Below are positions 30,101-43,205 of a stretch of DNA of 64,000 nucleotides, one piece after another. This stretch comes from Phoronis australis (lineage: Eukaryota; Animalia; Phoronida): contig NMRA01000362.1 in the NCBI GenBank assembly GCA_002633005.1, forward strand, positions 124,001 to 188,000. Direction: 5' to 3'. Made by a program: the position numbers and the translations under genes. Every line of letters begins with the position of its first letter. Within the stretch, counting starts at the first letter, position 1. The notes beneath the pieces are model-generated. The model was not told where the DNA came from. It saw only the letters and a list, made by a program, of their open reading frames with translations, and did no database searches.

Positions 30101-33100
30101 GGGTCCATAAGCTGATTCAAAAGAAACATTAGAGAATGTCTCTAACTTGATTTATCCATACTTGAAATTTGCCATATTTACTTAACCTAATTAGAGTTGC
30201 ACGGGATTTAAATAAGTCAGATCTTAAATAACGTAGAAAATATATCTGAAACTAAATAAGGCGATCCAGATCCTCCCAAGGATACCATTGTTTCATGAAA
30301 TGAAGAATATAAATCGGTAAATAAAACAACAAGAATGGATCAACTGAAATTTGAAATTTTCGGAGGTAACAACTTCCTTTATCAACAAAAACAGAAGTAA
30401 AGTAAAATCAAACACAAAATGACAATTGACATATAAGATATGATGTAATGAAAATGATACATTTTTGCGTAAAAAATTCAATGACATATGTTAAATCAAC
30501 ATAATCTACAAACTCAGTTTCGTAATCATAGATTTAACATAATACATAAAAACATTTCTGATACTATAGATAATCATTTCAATTCCAAAAACCATAATAT
30601 TCAAGATCTTTCTGTACAAATAATAGAAAAACTCCAACACCCCAGTACCCCTCACAGACTTAAAAGAGAACAATATTGGATAGACAAACTGAATACAATA
30701 GAACCTCATGGATTGAACATAAAAACTTCTTAAAATATGTCATTGAATTTTTTATGCAAAAATGTATCATTTTCATTACACCATATCTTATATGTCAATT
30801 GTCATTTTGTGTTTGATTTTACTTTATTTCTGTTTTTGTTGATAAAGGAAGTTGTTACCTCCGAAAATTTCAAATTTCAGTTGATCCATTCTTGTTGTTT
30901 TATTTACCGATTTATATTCTNTATTTAATAGTTACAGAAACGTATGTGAAGCTCCCTTTGATCGAAAGTAGATGGAATTACTAACACTTAACACAAAAAC
31001 GATCTTTAGGCCTTAAAAAGGGCCCTTAATCACGAGCACCACCAACGGATTACCAGTACCCAATTGCAGTCACATTGCCATGACTAGTTTAAACTTACGA
31101 CGAGGAACCTGCCCTGTTTTTCATTCCGTCTCATCTCCACGTGACTTGAAGCCTGCACTATGACATCATTGTTACCGTGACTAACTGAAGGACGTGCGGT
31201 CAGTGCTGTATCGTCCCTACAGAAGATAATGAGGTGAAAAGACTCACAAGGCAAATATGTCAACTCCAAAAATGACAAGTTTCAAAACTAAACAACCATG
31301 TTTTGTTAGGTAAAAGCCACTCAAAGTAGAGGTCGATTTCATTAAATTTCACAGGGTCTGAGCATGAATTTACAAATTATGTATTTTATAAGTTTTGGCA
31401 AAAGTCGCCATTCTGTTTGAATGTATAGAAACATTGTAAGAGTGTAACATAGTGAAAAAGGCCCCAGTAGCAGGCGCTTGGGTTAGGTAGGCCTATAGCG
31501 CTAATCGACGGTCGAAATTTTTTATACCATGTATTCAGCAGGAAATGTGCAACCAGGTCAAACAGGGGTACACCGTTAGTCAGGTATCTAGCTCCTCAGC
31601 TCAGTTTTAAATAAGCTATAAAAATGGTTCCAAGCAATCAGTGCAATGGGCCCACATGTGCGGCCTGCGCATGTCTGGTACAATGTGTACCACACCGCCT
31701 GCAATGATTTTAATTAAATAGATTGAAGCCAAAATGTCATGGGATACAAAGATTATTTCCTTGGTTACTGTCCTACAGGCTCGAATCACTTTATACATAG
31801 CACCAGCCGAGGAGATTGTTAAAGTACGTCAGTAGAAAATTATGTTCGCAAATGTCTAGAATTCAGTCCCAAATATTAACATATTAAAGAAGAACAATTT
31901 ATTAAGTCCGGAAATAAATTCGTTAATACTTTTAGCAACAAAAATTGCCATGAAAGGAATCATACCTTGACACCCACACCGGTCGAGTTTGGGCAACTCA
32001 AGCAGTTCGCTAACTTCTGAATCTGCCAGTGTCTTAAAAAAGCCATACAGCAACAGGCCATTAAGACAGCTGAGGACACAGCAGGCTGCTAGTAACCTGC
32101 TGATGTTATCTTGTCTACAGTCTACACTTGAGCCAGCATTAGATTCTACTTCGCATTAAGTCTTGGCTCACTGTGCAACATAATGAGCAATTACTGAGAC
32201 TCATAACCCAGCAGCCAAGTGTTACCATAAGATTCTTGGTGGTCAAGCAGTTTTCGGCCTTATGATTTTGTAATAAGTAATTGATAATCGACAAACTTTA
32301 AGGTGCTAGGATTTCAGTCAGTGGCCACAAAAGGTTACTAAGCAGAGCACTTACTTTCATGGAGAACATACCATTCAGGTTGAACATTGTGTAAATAACC
32401 CCATATTTCGCAGACTGATCAAACAAACCAGTCAAACGAAGCAGTTAATAAATGAAGGTTGCCTATAACAATTCAGCTTATGAGCATTTTCGCTAAACCT
32501 CCTTTTTCAATGTCTTCTAATTACCGATTGCCTTTAGCTGGTAACCTTCGTAATGTCTCAGCTTCTAGTTTTATAGAATCTGAAAATACAAACACAAGTG
32601 TCTTGATAGTACAATGTTTTTGAAAATCAACTGGATGTCAAAAATCGGCACATAATGGTGTTAGACTGATTCCATTTATTTTCGACTAAAATTCGTTTCA
32701 AATCTACCTAAATTTTGACACGTGTTGCTTTATCCACGTTGCTGAAATGACTTACAACTCAATTCCATCAATCAAGTATACACTCAGTGGCTAGGTACCA
32801 TAATGTCGCATAAAATTCCTTTAGTCCGACCGAAATACAATTTTAGTGACAAATTTTCAGCTTAACTGCCACGTAATTCAGGCCTAATGTTCATCGAAGT
32901 TTGACAGAGTTTAGCCAAAACCTGTGTAGTTTATTTTTAAAAGTACTATACTGAGTGCTAATAACCCAAAATCTAAAAACCCACATCCAACTGAGCCAAA
33001 TTTTTGCCATCTTCACAATTATAAATCGTGCCCTTTAGGGAGGGAGGGTTAAGGTATGTCATAATGTGCTTGAATATCAGCACAATTTATTGATACTAGG

Positions 33101-36100
33101 AAGATTTGGACTCCTGTGAATAGGTTGTCGTACGTGTAGCACTCAGTGACGGCAGATGACATACTAAACGAGGGAGACAACTCTTGTTTTCACTTAGTAT
33201 ATTGTTTTAACCTTGAAAAATATCAAAAGTGTTTAACACTTTCAGGGAGAGTTTTATAAATGAAATATGAGTGCAGATTAAACATCAAGCAGCAGATTAA
33301 ACATCAAGTAGCAAATGTTCATAAAACAAAACAAAACCTATACCTTTTTTACTTTGATCAATATCTGAACATTCCAGACTTGTTAATGCTTTATCCAATT
33401 CTGAAAAGCAAAGGAAAATTACTGTTAACTAAATGTACACCCCCCAGTCACTCAAGGAGAGTCCAGATATGCAGCAAGCAGTCATTTGCTGATCAGTCAA
33501 TGTTTCATGCTCAGTGCAGTGTCACATTAAGAGCCCATAGCTCTGGTTTGTGTTAGGGAGTGTAAGTCATTGGCTTGCTTTTTTACTGTTTCAACTATAG
33601 TACGCATGATTACACCACCCCGACCAAATGGGTCCATCAGCTGATTCAAAAGAAACATTAGAGACTGTCTCTAATTTGATTTATTCATACTTGAAATTTG
33701 CCATATTTACTTGACCTAATTAGAGTTGCACGGGATTTAAATAAGTCAGATCATAACTAATTCAAATGTGCTAATGGCAGCTCATAAAAAATGACCAAGT
33801 TTTATCATATTTTGGAAAATAAGGCCAGTTTTAGCTGGACCTCTGCACTGTAACCACTATTGTACCCACTAAGAAATACCAAAGATATTTTCCTTTCTGA
33901 TACAGTTTGGGGTTATCTACACTTTTTGATAGTCATACCCATGTCTCTCTTCGCTGTATCACCTAGATGGTCAAAACAATGCGCCCTTCGCATGTTGACT
34001 TTATAATGCATGGACAGTGGATAGCCATATTGCATGCACAACTCAGCATCCTTCAAGCATTCCTGCAAGGAACAAAACAGGAAATCAAACTTCAATTGAA
34101 ACGATTGTCTTCATTTGTTCTAATTTAAATGACAAGAAACAATATATTAGAAAGAGGGGGACGTGAATCTCATCCACGCCACAGTACTTTATCGTGTTTT
34201 CAACTTCACGAGCTCTAAGCTCAGAGTCTACAGCAGCTATCTTTGAGTACTTAAATTGTAGTCAGAGCCGCTGCATAGCACTTAGGTATTTTAAGCAAAA
34301 TTCACACTTTATTCTATTTTGTATTTTGTAGTTGCATTGTAATACTGTAGGATTCTACGAAACTGTCCCAACGAACGTCAGGACATCATATCTTATAAAC
34401 GGCTCAACAGATTCACATGAAATTTTCTAAAATCATGTTATAGGCACTATTCTTCAAAACAGTGTAACGATTCGTTTTTAAAAATGTCAGAAATAGGAGT
34501 TTTATGATTTTTAAGAAAAAAGTGGCAACACAAAAACAAAATGTTTCAGAAAACTGTAACAGTGTTTTTGACATATCTGATCATGAACAACTGATTACTA
34601 ACTTAATTTCATTGTTATTGCCACTGCTGTTTGCTATTGATGTGTGTTTCTTTTTGCTAAATTTTAATTAAAAATGGCTACGCAACCCAATTAATGGCAG
34701 GCTGGTACAAATCAAAAAAAGATATTCTACAGGCTTTCTGCTTTCATAAAATATGCCCTTCTGATGATATAAAATCTAGTAAAAGCATGAAAGTTTTGAG
34801 AATTCCCTCAACTGGGTGTCTCAATTGGATGTTACTTGAACTGTACCAAAATACAGAAGAATACTGCAATTTCCTTACTTGACTTAGCGACATTGCGCCC
34901 GTCTCTCACGGACGTCAGCTTGATCAGTGGTATGGCTAATAGATGACGTTTTAACACGATGACGCACCATCGAGGTCAGAACAATAACTCATAAGTGTGA
35001 CAGTTGGAACGTGTCAACAAGGTCCCACATTACTTTGTCAGACCAAACGAGGGAGTGTTCATACCTTGTAATCTTCTATGAAGAACTGTGCAGCTGATCT
35101 GTTAGCCAGAGCAATCCCATACTCCTTACTGGGCAGTTCAGCGCAGAACAAGCTCTGTGAAATACAACCCAGAGTGTTGATGGATAAAAGAAGATCTTCA
35201 CAAAGTGACCAATCATACGGGGCATATGACTTCCACAGCGTTTTAGTTCAGAAGCCATTAACAGCATCGGCTATAGCACAAGGAACAACAACAATGTATA
35301 TTCTATGACTGCACACAAGCCACAGTCAACAATATTAGCCACGTCACTATTAACTGGCGGCCCCTGTTGTGATGCACATTGTATTTCCGCCAAGCTCACA
35401 AACCAGGAGCAGAGTGGCATCTCCTTTGAAATTTTCATAATAAAATATCGGGGTCGCAAATTTTTTAATTGTTTGAGATCTATGGTAACACAAATCACAT
35501 ACCAAATACATAAAGTATGCGCCTGGTCATTTTTATAAAGATCAATGTATTCTGCCAGACACAAACACGTGTAGCAAACAAGATGCCCAACACGCATCAA
35601 TTTTTGATTCTTGCTCAGCGAGAAACCCCAAACCCTACATGTACACGCACATAAAAAAACTGTTTACTAAGCTCATGCCAGAACTGAAACATCCAAATAC
35701 CTTCGTGTACATCTGGAGTGCATCTTGATATCTGCTTTGCTGAAAGCACTTGTTGCCCTCGGTCCTCCATTTCAGGGCTTTGTCACCCGACTTTGACGAC
35801 TGTTTGTAAGAACACCTCTCGAAAAAGGATCCTATTTCCTTGTGTTCCCTAAAACATGGACTATACCAATCAATCGATGAAATGAGCATCAAAGATGATA
35901 AGAGAAAACATTCTACACACAACTCTTTGACTTTGAGCACGATAACAACATTTGCATGATACAATTTTTGAGATGTAGGACATTTTTAAGAGAATCGATT
36001 GAATATACCACCATACAGCAGTGACAATTTAACGGCGTGGCGGTGCAATTGATTAAAACACTGGGAAATATCTCAGTTCAATAAAATCTTACAAGATAGC

Positions 36101-38129
36101 GGAACTCTGTCCATCGACTACCCTATCCCTGTCTAGCGACAAGGCCTATTTCACCATATTTTATCACAATATTAGGCAAAAGCTACTCAGCCCTTGCTAC
36201 CAGCTACACTTTAACCATCGACACTTGAACCTTATCACTGTCATGACAAAATGTTGTACAGTTACAGCTTATAACCTCAAAGTCTTCTCAAACTCAGATG
36301 TATCTGTACTGCATATTGAACCTGTACAGTGTATGTGGAGATGTAGCCAGCAGTCAGCTACTCAAAGTCTTCGGAAAGCCATTTAAAATTGTTGCGATTT
36401 CAGTGAAAGGGGCGTTCTCTGTCAGAACAGGCATTTGACAGAAGCGCAAGTCAAAACCAGTGGCTCTATAGTAGTAGCCGACACATGCTCTACCAATGAA
36501 CCAAATCCCATGCATTGAACAGTGAAGTATTTCTATGGTGAAGACTGCTTTTCGTGAACGTCTGGCAGACAATAGCGAAAATTGGCCATTCACAATTTAA
36601 AATAAAAAATATAGGATTTTGTTGAACATTTAGATCTAGTCAAACCCAAGTACTAAGTAGCCTATCCCCTTCAACAATCCCAAAAATATCTTTACGGACA
36701 TAAAACTGATGTTCTTCTAAGACTTCACCAATTTTTAAAAAAATGGAGACCCGACTGTTATTTGTAAGCTCAAACACATTGCTGTTGTTCTCTCAAAATT
36801 TTTATTTTAAAGCTTTGTTGCGTGTGTTGTTCTCTATTGTTTATGGCCCCATTAGATCACACTTTGTTCAAGCCTCGCTAACTTTAACAATAGACCAGCA
36901 GTTGCAATTCCAGCAATTGCAATTCCAGCAAAGTAAATTTCTGAGCACATTCTGATTCAACAAAGCTGTCATCATCTCTTGAAAGTCGTCACAAAAATTC
37001 AGCAAATTTTATGTCATAAGCATACTCTGTTCAAACCGATGATGGATCGACTTAATTCATTCTGTTACATAAGCCTGAGAGAATGATGCTTATTAAATTG
37101 TTTTTCGCATAAACAGATTACAGGAAAATTGAGTGTCAGTTGATGCCTAGATTTTGCATACACCCCTGACTTCTGATTTTTAGGTTTGTTCGATTTTGGG
37201 GTAGAGTAAGTGTAAAGCCAACTCCCATTCTAAAGCATTTTTGAGTCAGCGGAGGTTGAACTGCTCTTCTTAGTAATGGAGAAACCAGGTGAATGGAAAG
37301 TTTTCATTTTTGAAAAAATGTAAATATGAAGCAGAAATGTACATTAAATAATACTAAAAACTCCTAAATTAATTAATTGGATAAATACTAGTCAGGAAGT
37401 CACTTTGAAAGACGTCCTTGTGACAAATGCCTTGTATTCTATCGCTTGAAAAATTTTAGTCGCTGGACCAAGTTCCCCTTGGGTGACACCATTGGAAAGC
37501 AAAGTGGCCCATTCCAAGAAAAAACTCAAACAAATATTATCTCATCAACACTTTCATTTCCATTGCAAAAATGTCCAGTTGCCAATGTAAACAAGTGAAT
37601 GAAGGATTGCTCAAAAAATAAGGTTTGTTAACAGTATTTTTTGAGTTGGAAGGAATAAATACACTGAAGGCCTCCTAAGGCTAAAGTGTCCCTCTGGCTC
37701 TATGCGCAAAAGTGACTTAGTTAGTGTGAGGCATAACTAAACGAAAAGCTTATGGCGTTGAGACGGTAAAGCTCCTGTACCTTCATCATCTTTACTGAGC
37801 CAGCCACCTAGCTGTATGAAGACTATGGTCAAAATATTTAATGAGCTTGTACCAAGCCTACCAAGGCCCAAGGGCATGGCTACAGAGTACAGACAATACA
37901 ATACACTGAATACAGAGACGTACGTCAAACGTACGTGGTGGTCACTGTCTGAAGCTAATCAGACAAGGTATACCAACACGTACTGTAGTGGGTTTTGCTT
38001 CACAAGGAACTCAATTCGTTCAATGTCGCTTGAACACCTGGAGAATCTCTCTAAAAGGCTGCTGGTCATATACTTAAACAAGATTTCATCAAGAATCTGT
38101 TGCCAGTTCCCAAATTTCGCGCGGTCCAT
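15163..38129 (-). CDS. SMYD4: SET and MYND domain-containing protein 4-like lysine methyltransferase (TPR-SET-MYND-post-SET-CTD), 17 coding exons, 748 aa
   Basis: Hand-built GT-AG model with consistent phases throughout: 38129-37984, 35848-35701, 35154-35065, 34062-33939, 33400-33344 (or 29871-29815), 32579-32525 (or 29050-28996), 31216-31099 (or 27649-27532), 27017-26890, 25298-25132, 23540-23389, 22608-22539, 21893-21680, 21210-21137, 20140-20022, 17945-17771, 16992-16879, 15458-15163; total 2247 nt. Motifs: TPR (EGNKCFQQSRYQDAL, ALANRSAA), SET-N (GRFLVARQEVKCGDTLIVEEPFA), MYND (CQHC..PCQQC..YCSDQC..YHQVEC), SET-C (IATAIYPTASLMNHSCDPN, GDEVLNCYG), post-SET (QYFFDCECDAC). An N-terminal TPR region distinguishes SMYD4 among SMYDs. 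Confidence 0.93.
15779..15879. repeat. Degenerate (TGATG)n microsatellite
   Basis: tgacgtgttgatgtgatgtgttgatatgatg... Confidence 0.75.
18288..18360 (+). mobile_element. Degenerate tRNA-like head (SINE remnant or tRNA pseudogene)
   Basis: A-box-like TGGTGTAGCGGTTAG and degenerate B-box GGTACAATTCC at tRNA-like spacing. The acceptor stem and T-loop are broken. Confidence 0.35.
18541..18724. repeat. Minisatellite, 9 copies of a 20-bp unit (SMYD4 intron)
   Basis: (TTGCCAAGCTTAAACACTAC)x9 with single substitutions and no spacers. Confidence 0.95.
20551..20902. mobile_element. Dispersed non-autonomous repeat family (also ~1481-1533 and ~7804-7827)
   Basis: GTGCCCAGTTGCATGAAACAGTCCCAAA at 20552 recurs near 7804 and is reverse-complementary to 1506-1533. 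TTTAGGGAACTT.G..GAGTC is shared by 20869 and 1481. Confidence 0.5.
25963..26041. repeat. Degenerate 12-bp tandem repeat (TTAGGATTATAA)n
   Basis: About 6 imperfect copies. Confidence 0.75.
27355..33752. repeat. ~2.85-kb direct duplication (27355-30223 and 30922-33752), each copy carrying SMYD4 exons 5-7
   Basis: The copies align end to end with scattered SNPs and small indels (17-nt and ~24-nt deletions and a 4-nt insertion in copy 2). Copy 2 begins immediately after the single N at 30921. Confidence 0.95.
30224..30920 (+). mobile_element. Penelope-like retroelement fragment: GIY-YIG endonuclease C-terminus between inverted pseudo-LTR copies
   Basis: ORF 30488-30733 (FRNHRFNI..DNHFNSKNH..LSVQIIE..RLKREQYWIDKLNTIEPHGLN) matches the C-terminal part of PLE GIY-YIG endonucleases. 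30303-30489 is the reverse complement of 30734-30920 (~187 bp). The segment is absent at the homologous site (33752) in the other duplicate copy. Confidence 0.82.
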
Positions 38130-38427
38130 TTCTCAGTGTCTTCTTTTTCTTATCTTAGAAAAGAGAAGAGCAAATTACACCAATAGGTGTCACTGTTTAT
38201 CTCTTCTGTTGGAAGGCATGTAGCACAAGCTCCGCCGGGTGGGACGTTCTTTGGTAAAGTTTGTTATCTTGGGCCGTGCGGATGAAAGTGTCGCGCATAA
38301 TTACGCAGGTAATTACAACCTGGGCCCGGTCTCTAATCTTTGTACTCGAAACGAACTCGAAATTATTTTTGGCAATTTCTCTACTCCCGTTTTTGTCTGT
38401 TTCGAGCTCCGACTACCGACGCAAACT

Positions 38428-38620
38428 CAGTGGGCGGCGCACCATAGGGGGCTGGGGGCTATAGCCCCCGCTTTCTTCAGTGCTGAGCCGCATATGGCCT
38501 GTACCTGAATTCAAATGCCTATGAGTTTCTAGTCCAAGTTCGCACTCGATGAACCTTATATTAATGCTACAAACTCGAGTTTATCAACTGCAAACTAGGC
38601 CCTCCTGAATCCACGCCACT
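38428..38620. mobile_element. MITE-like insertion ~300 bp upstream of the SMYD4 ATG; related copy at ~13863-13935
   Basis: GCACCATAGGGGGCTGGGGG(G)CTATAGCCCC is shared by 38439-38468 and ~13875-13905. Ends CAGTGGGCGG...CCACGCCACT. Confidence 0.5.
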
Positions 38621-41600
38621 AAAAGTCATTACATACCGTGAATAATACGCTTACAAGGAAGTCACGCACTTCTAAAGATATGCTGGAATTTTCATCGCCC
38701 GTCCGTCTGAGTGACTTGTACCAGGATCAACGAGAGCGCGGCGCCGGAATCAGGTACAATTGTGATGACCTAGTAATTGCCCGATGGCCGAGCAAGACTG
38801 AGATTATCCGACCATAAACTGTATTAGACTTCTCTGACTGTACATAATGGCAAATTTTCAAAATGCATTAACCACTAATTTTCGTTAAACGAACACCACG
38901 TCGGTAGTCAGCTGGAAAAAAAAAACAAACAAGTACGGTTTTCGATTTTTAAAAATCGATGAACTAGTAATCTAAAAATTACAACCCGTTGGGTACGATT
39001 GAAGATAAACTACCTCGGTGGATATACAAACGCTGATCAGAGTTAACAATATCACATGGATTCATTTTTTAATATTTTTTCAATCTCGTTTTACCAGATT
39101 TTTGACCAGGAAACAGTTGTTGTGTCCACTAGTTTCATTTTTTATTACTGACAAATAGCTAGAATAGTTAATAGCCAGTGCCACCGAAATTGTCCAGAGA
39201 TTCCAAATCTTCAGTTTGGTAATCACCATATTTGCACTTTTGTATATATTTTATGATTTGAGTTCTAATAAAGATTAAACTTTAATGACATGTGAAATGT
39301 TTAGTGTACCTGTAATATGGTAAGTTTAGGGATGGGCTCACAATGACGTGAACTCAACTAATTAAGTTTAGCTGGCGATCAAAATCTAACACTGTTATGG
39401 TACTTCAAGTTCAAAACTTTGATAAAAACTTATCAACCTGTTACTGGTAAGAAAAAAACAAGTGGGCAGAAGCATTGAAAATTAAATAAAGAAAACCAAT
39501 ATGAAACTTATCGTTCCTTTGGGAAGTGGCCCTTTGTCAAGATAAACACGAGTTAATCTTTTTAGTCATTGTGTAATATTTATAACGTACCAAGTTAAAA
39601 CTACTATCCAGAGTTGCAGGCTATAACTCTGCAAATGTCAGAGAAAACCAAATTGGGGGTACTAACAACAACCATTGTTGAGACAGTAATGCTAGCGATT
39701 ACTTTTCCACTTCATTAGCTCAGATCTACTTCAATACAAAGGGCGTGCTGAATAGGCATCGTAAAGTTGTCTGGGGCTTAGGGAATCAGAGCAGTCACCA
39801 GTGTAAGCGAGAAATTCTCCACATCTGTACTCGAGCATGGAATAATAGACACTTATTTTGAGTTCCCATAAAAGTAGAGTAGAAAATGCCAGACATAATT
39901 TCGAGTTCCATCGATTTCGAGTAAAATGATTAGAGCCCGGGCCGAGACCTTGTTTTTGTTTCACTACAGTAATCAATATATCCAATAAGAAATTGGTCTG
40001 TGCGTGAGCTCTAAAGCGCCGTAATTTTTCGCTCGAATTTTTTGCTCTGTACATGTCATGAAGTGCTCAGAAGATAAAATCTCACGTGCAAAGTATAAGA
40101 GGGCAAAAGTGAACTTAAGGTTGGTCCAAAACGGTGTTAGGGTAACTGAATGCACTGTAGTAGAATGTTAGTAGTAAATCATTCATTATCTATTCAAAAT
40201 ATTTGAATAACAAACCATTTACACTACACAAAATATCAACTGCTAATTAGTTTAATGACTGGTGGCTTCGTGGACTGGTACTTAGTCTAACGCGGACAAC
40301 CTTTTATAATTCCCAAGGAAAATTATGAGCGTAAAATTAAGAGTCAATAATATGAGTGTAAAACTTCCTCAGAGCTCACGTGACCGGCCTACAAACCAAT
40401 TCTCATTGGATGAAACGATTACGGTCTTAAAAGTAGAGCGAAGTCTTGGTCGCAGTTACGAGCGAACGATTTTGGCAGTAAAACAAGAACGAGATCTACG
40501 AGCGAAATTACGGCCGAACAGTTTCGGTCGCAAAACACTAGCGGAGTCTCGGACATAATTACAAGCCGTAATTACGGGCAACACAATCTCCACAAACGAT
40601 CCACGATAAGTTATTAGGAGAGATCCCTCACTGGCGTACTCAAAGGGTATCATGGAAAGCAGTACTGTAAATTAGTAAACGAACCTTTTCAACTTGAGGC
40701 CTCGATCAAAGTTAAATAATTTTCGGTGGTGGTATTTTTCTTGCATTTTGACTTAGTTTCCCAAGAACGGTAATACATGTACAACATTTGGCTTACCTCA
40801 AAATCCAGCTCCTGCCTAGTGGTCTTGGAAATGGGGCAGTTATTGGAATTGATTCACATGACACTTGGCGACCGCATGTCAAGTGACGTTCATAATTTTT
40901 TAACGTGATGATGTAATCCAGTAATCTTTCCTAAATTTCAAATCTGTGCAGTGAACTTGGCAAACAGCTTTTTTCGTTAAGGAAACATAATCAGTAATAA
41001 AATTATTAGAGATTATTCTCCTCTTTTGCAGCAAGATCCCTTTAACTCCAACCGGCTTTAAAATTGACTAGCACATAGTGAACACATAAAGTCTAATTTT
41101 CCAACTAGGCCTATACTATGGGTCACATGATTATATTCAAACAATCATGAAAACAGGGATCTAAGCCTACATTTTTAGTCAGGTAGTACATTAGATGGCG
41201 AATATCCTAAAAGCTCTTACTTAGAAAGAAGGCTTATTGTTGTCACGCTCGATGAAACCCGACTCGGTCACGACGGAGTGTTGTCAGTCGTACGTTCAAA
41301 TATCTAGTGCTGCAACAAAGTTCCATGTGCCAAATGATTGAGTCGTATGGAAGTCAGAAGCTTTTTTTTAACTTGAAGGTCCATGCGACTGGCGTTGGCA
41401 TGTCGCGTGGTTATCGCCTATGGGAAGCTACCCTTGTTTTTTCTCTGTTGCGGGATATAACAACAGGCCTACAGTTCACACGGATATCGTACCTTGAGCG
41501 CACATCAGCCGGTTACTGATGAACGCCTATCGTTATCATTATTATTTGAAAGAAAAACAAAATGAACAATGGATACGACTTTCTACCGATATCTATGCAA

Positions 41601-41709
41601 TGAGTTTGCGACCTAGTTGCAGAAACGCATTTTTGAGTAGATGTTTATTGCATGGAAAGGAAAAGCTGTAACGAAAACATTGATTTTACATCAATCCGTT
41701 TTGCTGACG

Positions 41710-43205
41710 TCAGCGGGATCTCCTTTCGATGCCTTTGGCCCTCCGTTTGATTTTCAGCAGTTCTTTGACTACTGTGTCCATACTTAACGGGCGGTGGTCT
41801 GGGTCTTGAGCAGTACAACGCCTGGAGAGTTCAATCACATCTCTCATTACGCTGGTGTATTCTGGCTCTAAACCGCGCTTTAGGGCATCGTCTACCATTC
41901 GAAGAGTTGCTCCAAAAGAGTAGATGTCACTGGAAACTGTTGAATTCTTTCCGTTGCAAACTTCCGGAGCCAGGTGGCAGTTCGGGCCTCGTTCAAGAAC
42001 GCCATAGCTGTGAAGATTATTTCAATATTCTGTGAATTGTTGAATTACGAGAGCCATTTGCAACTAAAATATGCCATGGTTTCAAAAACACTAAAATGGA
42101 AGTCATGTTTGTATTCTAAAAATTTGAAGGTGAAACTATCCTTGCTCGATTCAGAAAAATATTTTCGTACTCGATAGCCGGGCAACTATAATAAGTGTTG
42201 CCTTGTATCCACTCTTAGGTACAAGCACTTATAAATGTAGATGAAGTTGTTCTTACAAGTTAGGAGCAAATGACAGTGTGCGAAACATTGAGCAAAGCCA
42301 AAGACAAATCTTTCAAACTTGTATGAACCGACAACTAAACAGTTACAGAACGGTGGACGGTCGTATATTCAGACAATAGCGGTAAAGGCGGAAAGCATAT
42401 TACACAGACAAAAGGTAGGCCTATATGGCATGCAGCCAATTTAGAAAATATCAGTCACTGACGTCACAGAGGGCGAATCAGTCGTGAGCAAATTCATATT
42501 GACTCAATTTCTATTAGGTCAGTCCTACAAGTACCTGCAGTATAGGAAAAGTAAGATCTCTCTTTTGATCCTGCTTTAGCTACATGTATAAATCTCTGTC
42601 CTGTTGTTGCGATATTTTAAGTCGGTAACGACGTTCAGTGAAAATAATCCGTATGTTGGCCAGATCGAGACTTAGTACGTGACTGGAACAATATAAGAAA
42701 CTCACCACAGCCCCTCTCTACCAGTGGCGTTGCCGAAATCAATCAGTCTCGCTGACATGTCTTTTTGGTTGACCATGATATTGTCCATTTTGATGTCATT
42801 GATTAAAAGGCCTTTCTTGTGCACTCTGTCAATTTGTCTAGCCGTGTGGAGCAAAAAGCGAATTACAGTCGGAGCAGGTGGAACGGTGCCCACTTCTATG
42901 AAGTCAGCAAGTGTCTCCCCTTCTAGAAGCTGCATGACTATGCCAGTTTCTGAATCACGATGTTCAGTACCTGGAGTTGTGTATATTCCCTTAATTTTAG
43001 GGACGCATCCAGAGTTTCTTAAACAGAGCAAGCTCTGTATCTCGGCTTTCATTTCATAATCGTGAAATATTTCATCGAAATTTTTCACGCAGGCCCTGCT
43101 TTCCTTTCCGTGTCTGTTGACATAGGTGCCAGAGTAGACTTTGTCGTGCAGTCCTTCTCCAAGTTTCACGTTCTTGTTACACGAATCTTTGTCGTACCTG
43201 TACAT
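41710..43205 (-). CDS. Small kinase-domain-only Ser/Thr protein kinase (non-RD), 2 exons, ~265 aa
   Basis: Exons 43205-42706 and 42007-41710 joined by a phase-2 GT-AG intron. Motifs: LGEGLHDKVY (G-loop), ACVK, AE (alphaC), INDIKMDN (catalytic loop), IDFG, HLAPE, SDIYSFG, RCTAQDPDHRP. AATAAA on the minus strand at 41649-41644. Confidence 0.9.

Noticed and set aside
37816-38223. 135-aa plus-strand ORF
   Set aside because: It is antisense to SMYD4 coding exon 1 and shows no recognisable domain.
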